A stretch of 64,000 nt of DNA. It comes from Adineta vaga (Eukaryota; Animalia; Rotifera). Below, piece after piece: positions 57,334-64,000 of this stretch. How positions within the stretch are numbered: the stretch's first letter is position 1; each line of letters starts with the position of its first letter. The position numbers and the translations under genes were made by a program. Where the stretch lies: contig CP075495.1 of NCBI GenBank assembly GCA_021613535.1, forward strand, positions 10,726,001 through 10,790,000, given 5' to 3'. The notes beneath the pieces were generated by a model that searched no databases, had not been told where the DNA came from, and saw nothing but the letters and a program-made list of their open reading frames with translations.

Positions 57334-57643
57334 TTCTTTTTTTTTTCTATCTAGGAATAGTTTCTTCTATGTTTGATTCAAAATGATGTGTGTAACCATT
57401 GCATATGTTCACTTATCGTTGGTTACCAGGCATCAGAGACTATGTATCGCATTGGTTCATTTTCTGACCAATCCGATTAGGAGTATTTCGTAAGTAAGTC
57501 AATGAATGAATGGATGGATTCTTTGTCTAGACTCTACTAGAGTTGATTTTTGCATTGAATTGTAATTCTAAGAATAATTATTTGATTGACGAATTAGAAA
57601 TGATCGAACTATGATGTTTATTTAGATTGTTAATACTATAGAG
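57334..57643. promoter_or_regulatory. Putative bidirectional promoter between DZANK1 and MTR4
   Basis: 310 nt between divergent ATGs; X-box-like GTTACCAGGCATC (57422-57434); ATTGG (57451) and CCAAT (57468) in opposite orientations. Confidence 0.55.
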
Positions 57644-60600
57644 ATGTCTAAAGATGCACTTTTCGATGTCTTCGATCAAGAAGAACCCACTGCTATTGTT
57701 GAATTACCTGAAAATACTACGATTATTCAACAAACGACGACAATAACTTCTATAACCACTACACAAATAAAGTAAATACACGATTTAAAAGATGCTCCCA
57801 TGATCATTCATTAAATATCAATTTGCATCACACCTTCTATTTATATCTTTTATTCTTCGTTTCAGGAAAGATAGTAATGGTGATATATCCTCTAAAGATA
57901 AACGTGTATGGGAAGAGGAAGAAGATGATGACGATGATAAAAACCTTCAATCAAGTTCACATTCAAAACGTACTCGAACTGATTTGTCAGCTGAAACTGG
58001 CAGGTAAATAATTAAAACAAAAAACAAATCAGTTTCGTTAGTTAAAGAATTTCTCTTCATATAATTTTAGTTTCTTTGATAATGTACCACGAATGAAGAT
58101 TCAAACAGTTGAAACAATTGAATCATGTTTACATGAAGTTAGTCTTCTTACTCTTTTCTTCTAATGACTGATATTATTTCTCCAATTAGGTTGTTCTTCC
58201 ACCAAATTTCGATTATATTCCCTTGAAACCTGCTGTTGGTCCTCCAGCTAAAGAATATAAATTTAATCTTGATCCATTTCAACGTGAAGCTATTTCTTGC
58301 TTACAAAACAATCAATCCGTACTTGTTTCCGCTCATACATCAGCTGGCAAAACTGTTGTTGCCGAGTATAACAATCAGTTTATCTAATTTACTCTATTAT
58401 CAGTCATAATTTTTCGATTTAGATATGCTGTTGCTATGGCATTACGTGATAAACAACGTGTTATATACACAACACCTATAAAAGCATTAAGTAATCAAAA
58501 ATATCGTGAATTACACGAAGAATTTAAAGATGTCGGTTTAATGACTGGTGATGTAACCATTAATCCATCTGCATCATGTCTTATTATGACAACAGAAGTA
58601 TATATTTATTGTCTTTCAATCAAAAATCGAAACGAAACGATGTTTATTTTTTAGATTCTTCGATCTATGCTTTATCGAGGTTCAGAAATCACTCGTGAAG
58701 TTGCTTGGGTCATTTTCGATGAAATTCATTATCTTCGTGATAAAGGTATAGAATTCGATAAGGAAATTTAATCTAGCATGTTATTATATTTCTTAAGAAC
58801 GTGGTGTTATTTGGGAAGAAACAATCATTCTATTACCTGATAATGTTCATTATGTATTCTTATCTGCTACAATTCCCAATGCAAAACAATTCGCTGAATG
58901 GATTTCTTTTCTTCATAATCAAGTACGAAAATTAAAATAAAAACTAGTTGAGATGATTGAACATGCTTATCATCAATCTGTCTTCTAGCCTTGCCATGTT
59001 GTCTATACCGATATGCGTCCGGTTCCTCTTCATCATTATATCTATCCAGCCGGTGCTGATGGTCTTCATTTAGTTGTAGATGAAACGGTATTGTTCTGTA
59101 ATGTTCATTAGTTTTTGTTATTGTTTACTCAATTTAGGGAAAATTTCGTGAGGATAATTTTAGTGCGGCAATGGCTACTTTACGTGATGCTGGTGATGCA
59201 GCTAAAGGTGATAAACGAGGACGACGAGGTGGTTTTAAAGGTAATTAAGATCCCTTCAAAAAAAAAAAGAAACAAGAATAATAAACGATTTCTCCTTCTT
59301 TCATTTATTATTTAGCTGAAACAAATGTTTTTAAAATTGTGAAAATGATAATGGAACGAAATTTAGCTCCAGTGATTGTTTTCAGTTTTAGTAAAAAAGA
59401 TTGTGAATCATATGCCTGTGCGATTTCTAAACTTGATTTTAATTCTGGTTAGTTATAAACAAGAACAAGATTTTCAATTTTGTAACATCGATTTATCGTA
59501 ATATTTTTAGATGATGAAAAACGACTTGTCGAAGAAGTATTTACAAATGCAATTGATCTTCTTTCGGAAGAAGATAAAAAATTACCACAAATCAATACTG
59601 TTTTACCATTATTGAAAAAAGGTGTTGGTATTCATCATTCAGGTTTATTACCAATTATCAAAGAAACAATTGAAATTCTTTTTGGTGAAGGACTTATTAA
59701 AACTTTATTTGCTACTGAAACATTTAGTATGGGATTGAATATGCCTGCTCGAACAGTTTTATTTACAGCAGCAAGAAAATTTGATGGAAAAGAATTACGT
59801 TGGGTATGTCATATAGAATCAAAATCTTATTTATTGAAATTGAACGATTGTTTTAATTATAGATAACTTCGGGTGAATACATTCAAATGAGTGGTCGAGC
59901 TGGTCGTCGTGGAAAAGATGATCGAGGAATAGTTGTTCTGATTATCGACGAACGAATGAGTCCAACGACAGCGAAAGAAATTGTTAAGGTAAATAAAAAT
60001 GATTTTCTTTTTTCATATCAAATTAATTCTCATGTTTTTTTCTTTATTACTTTAGGGAAAAGCTGATGCATTGAATAGTGCATTTAAATTAACATATAAT
60101 ATGGTATTAAATTTACTACGTGTTGAAGGTATTAATCCAGAATTTATGTTAGAAAGATCATTTTATCAATTTCAACATTTCTCAACTATACCAGCACTTC
60201 AAGAGAGTAAGAAATAATTAGTTCGATTAATTTTTGATAAGATTTATAATTTTAGAATTGAAAAAATGTGAACAACAATATGAGTTGATTAAAATTGAAA
60301 ATGAAGAAGAAGTTGCAAGATATTATAAATTAAAGAAAAAACTCGAAATAGTTCAAGATCAAATGTCTGTGATGACTAATGAACCAAAATATTTGTTACC
60401 ATTTCTTCAACCAGGTCGACTTGTTACTGTAAGTTATTGAAGAGAAATTTTGTAGACAATTCACAAATGTATGACGAAATCACATTATCAAACTTGTGGT
60501 TTATTTCTCGTCTAGGTCAAACATGGTGATACGAATTTTGATTGGTGTGTTGTACTTAATTTTCATAAAAAAGCTGGGGAAAAAGTATATGAATCTTGTT

Positions 60601-61978
60601 TATATTTATTCTATTATCTTCTGTACATTCGAATTTTCTTTAGCCAACATATACCATTGATGTATTAGCACATCTAACACAAGAAAGTGCTGCACAAAAA
60701 TCAACTACTGATTTACAAGCATGTCCTTTGTCTGAAAAAGGTGAAATGAAAGTAAGTCATATTTTAGTTGTCTTTCTTAACATCTTAACAATTGAACATT
60801 CAAGGCAATACCAATTCAACATACATTAATTCGTGATGTCAGTGCGATACGTGTTTATTTACCGGACGATTTACGAACAAAAGAAGCTCGTCAAAGTGTA
60901 TTAAAATCTGTTCAAGAAATCAAACGACGTCATCCACTTGGATTACCTTTATTAGATCCCATTAAAGATATGGATATTAAATCGACAGAAATGTTATCAT
61001 GCATAAAACAATATTCGACAATTCAAACACGTATTAGTGAACATCCATTGAGTAAAGATAATCAATTGAAACATTTTTATGAACTTTACGAACATAAAGC
61101 AAATCTCGAACGACAAGTTATCGAAGCAAAAAATGAATTGAAAAAAGCTCAATCATTATTACAAATAGGAGATTTAAAAAAATATAAACGTGTTTTACGT
61201 CGATTAGGTTATTGTAATTCAGCTGATGTTATTGATTTGAAAGGTCGAGTCGCATGTGAAATTGATACGGGTGATGAACTAGTTACAACAGAACTTTTAT
61301 TTAATGGAGTTTTTAATGATTTAACTGTCAGTCAAGCATGTGCTTTGCTTAGTTGTTTTGTTTTTCAAGAAAAAGCAAATGAAATGCCCAAATTACCACA
61401 AGAATTATCAGGACCATTAAGACTTATGCAGGTATGTATTTCACCCACTAAACATTGCTCAGGTTAGATTGATAAACAAAGTTTGATTAGTTTTGTATGA
61501 AATTACCCTATAAAATATGTTTAATTATTGTTTTTTTCTCTCTTAGGAAACTGCTCGTCGAGTAGCTCGTGTATCAATCGAAAGTAAAATTGATATGGAT
61601 GAAGAACGTTATGTTGATGGATTTAAACCATACATGATGGATGTCATTAAAGCTTGGGTTGAAGGACAAAGTTTTGCTAGTATATGTAAAATGACATCGA
61701 TTTATGAAGGTTAATACATATGAATGAAAGATAGGCATTTTAATTAATGTTTTTGTTAATAGGTTCAATTGTACGTTGTGTGCGACGACTTGAAGAACTA
61801 CTTCGACAAATGTGTTCTGCTGCAAAAGCTATTGGTAATAGTGAACTTGAGGCAAAATTTACCGAAGGTACAAACGAGCTCTTTTTTTTCCATTACTTTA
61901 AGATAAATACAATGTCTATTTTTAGGAACTGAAAAGATCAAACGTGATATCATTTTTGCAGCTTCATTATATTTATAA
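57644..61978 (+). CDS. MTREX: Exosome RNA helicase MTR4 (SKIV2L2/MTREX)
   Basis: [55 protein letters not shown], terminal [13 protein letters not shown]. Confidence 0.97.
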
Positions 61979-64000
61979 ATTGAACATTGTTTTTCAACTA
62001 ACAAAATATCTTGTTGTTTGTTTTTTTCTTCTGTGTTTAATTGTTATTTGTTAACTGAAACAAAATATATGTGAAAAAAGAATAAAACTACATCGACACT
62101 ATGTAGTTTAGATAAAATTCTCACGTTCTAAACCAACGATACGAATGTGTGAAGCAAAAATGATTTAACAACTTCTATCACTTTATAGTAATCTATTAAT
62201 CAACTATAAAATAATGTTTGATATATCCTACAACTATTTTCAACAATTCAATAGATCAATAAACATAAAAAATCCATTAAAAATTATGACGATCCATTGA
62301 TTTCATTCATTCTCTTTATTAGCTTTTTATTAACATTCAGAAAATAGTCTGCTCATTATACTTGGCTTTATCCGGAAAATCTTTTTATTTTTCTTATCAA
62401 TTAATCTGTCATAATACATACTAATAAAAAAGGAATTCTCATTAATCGTTCTCAATCTGTCTCCTTCGGTTATCAAATAAAGTATGATTTGTAGGGAAAA
62501 AAATAGTCGAATTGAATAAGATAATTTTCAGATGAAATCGATCGAAATGATTGTGTTCTTGTCTTTTTCTATTTAATAGACATGCACATTTAACATTAAT
62601 CAGATAGGTTAAACATAAACATGAATATTATTTATATAGAACAGAATTTCATCGAGGAGTTGTCAATTGAGTATTCTGTTGATCGAAATATGGAGAATCT
62701 CTTCGAATTTTTCTTATCAGAAAAATGTACGTCAACAACAGAAAAAGAAATCTTATAATCGGAAGCCAACTGCGACTTTCACTTCATAATATGAATTCGC
62801 ATGTAGTAAGTAGGATTTCATCATGTGTATGTGTGTGCCACAGTATGAAGTCATATTGATCTACCGTCGAAGTAGATTGTTAGAGAAGAGGGAAACAGAG
62901 AGAAAAGAAGAAGGAAACGTAATTCGATCAAGTCAGCATATGCAGTCGTGATTCTTCTATTCAAGTAGTAATCGTAAGAACAAAAAACCGAAATAGAAAG
63001 AGAGCGAGTGAAAAGAAGTTGTTGATTGTCAAGAAGATAGTTCAGAACTTTTTTTTTCTTCTTTCTTTTCAATATTAGGTTCATATCATGCTATCTTTTT
63101 CTTTTAATCTAACATCGACATTTTCATTGAAAGACGTTCAGAGTGCAGTATCAAGTAATGTTTTCTCTTATTTCATAAATATTTTCTATCATATCTTGTT
63201 ATTATAAATGATTGCATACGGAAAGATTTCTTCGAATGACAACAGATCGTCGATTTTCATTATTTTTCTGTTTGATATTAATGATTAAAAGAGTACGAAT
63301 GCTAAACTTTGAAGTCATCTATGCGTATTATTTTGCTCTTCGATCGAACTAAATCTGGTTAATGTTAACTATTATGCTAATCGGAAAATTAAACTTTTCT
63401 CGTGTTTCTTTCTGATAAATGTCGATTTTTTTTACTTGTTCGCTTTCATCGTTGACATCAACATAAGACAGTCATCGTCGTTGATTGCTGTCATCATTAT
63501 CATCTGTAAACACTAGATGATTTTAGACAATAGAGACAAAAAAAACGACGAGTTTCCTCGTCGCTTTGTTTTTTCTTCTCTCTTAATTAGGAGGTCGATA
63601 TTGATAGAAAGAAAAAAGATCTTCGATAGGATGGATAAACAAAGAAAATATTCATGTGGAAGATGGAAAGTCAGGACAATGTCGCTTGAATCTGCCCATT
63701 CAAACAAGCATAGAAACAAAAAGAGAGAGAGAGAGAGAAACGAAGAGGAAGTGTGTTGAGTCGTCATTAAAATGTTTTTCCTTCAAATTTTTTTGTCGGC
63801 ACTCTTATTGGTGTCAGCGTTACATCTGACAGAATGCATTGCTTTGTCTTTTCTTCTCATTTTTTTATATGCCTTTTTTTTTCTATATCGTTCTTTTGTC
63901 GGTTAAACCTTCTCATCAAATTGCGTGAACAATCGTCTTTTGTATTAGAAAGCATCAGCGCGTGTGTCAGAACACATTGTGGTCGTCTGTTGTTGTTGTT

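Noticed and set aside
62000-64000. Short ORFs at the window end
   Set aside because: Low complexity with no recognisable motifs; probably intergenic or the regulatory region of a gene outside the window.

Overview
AT-rich, gene-dense eukaryotic (animal) DNA with many ~50-60 nt GT-AG introns. The gene repertoire and a TPR/ADP-ribosyltransferase relic point to a bdelloid rotifer (inference). By splicing exons by eye I find about 19 genes: a P4H-like 2OG oxygenase, TMEM126, CCDC115/VMA22, two tandem acyl-protein thioesterases, a multidomain RNA-repair enzyme, a cytochrome P450, a fungal-like unknown protein, NCS-2, an unknown protein, DIABLO/Smac, CHCHD7, UCKL1, RPL10A, a UcpB-like mitochondrial carrier, DNAJC16, FAM53-like, a coiled-coil protein, DZANK1 and MTR4, plus one pseudogene. 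Three signals stand out. (1) A probably horizontally acquired single-polypeptide RNA healing-and-sealing enzyme (2H phosphoesterase + TPR-like + Cys-phosphatase + polynucleotide kinase + Rnl2-type ligase) with a frameshift in its ligase domain. (2) Two same-strand clusters with tiny intergenic gaps (14-350 nt) and unpaired splice acceptors directly before start codons, suggesting operons resolved by SL trans-splicing. (3) Further non-metazoan-like genes that carry host-type introns. All family assignments come from motif recognition, not database searches, and exon boundaries are manual.
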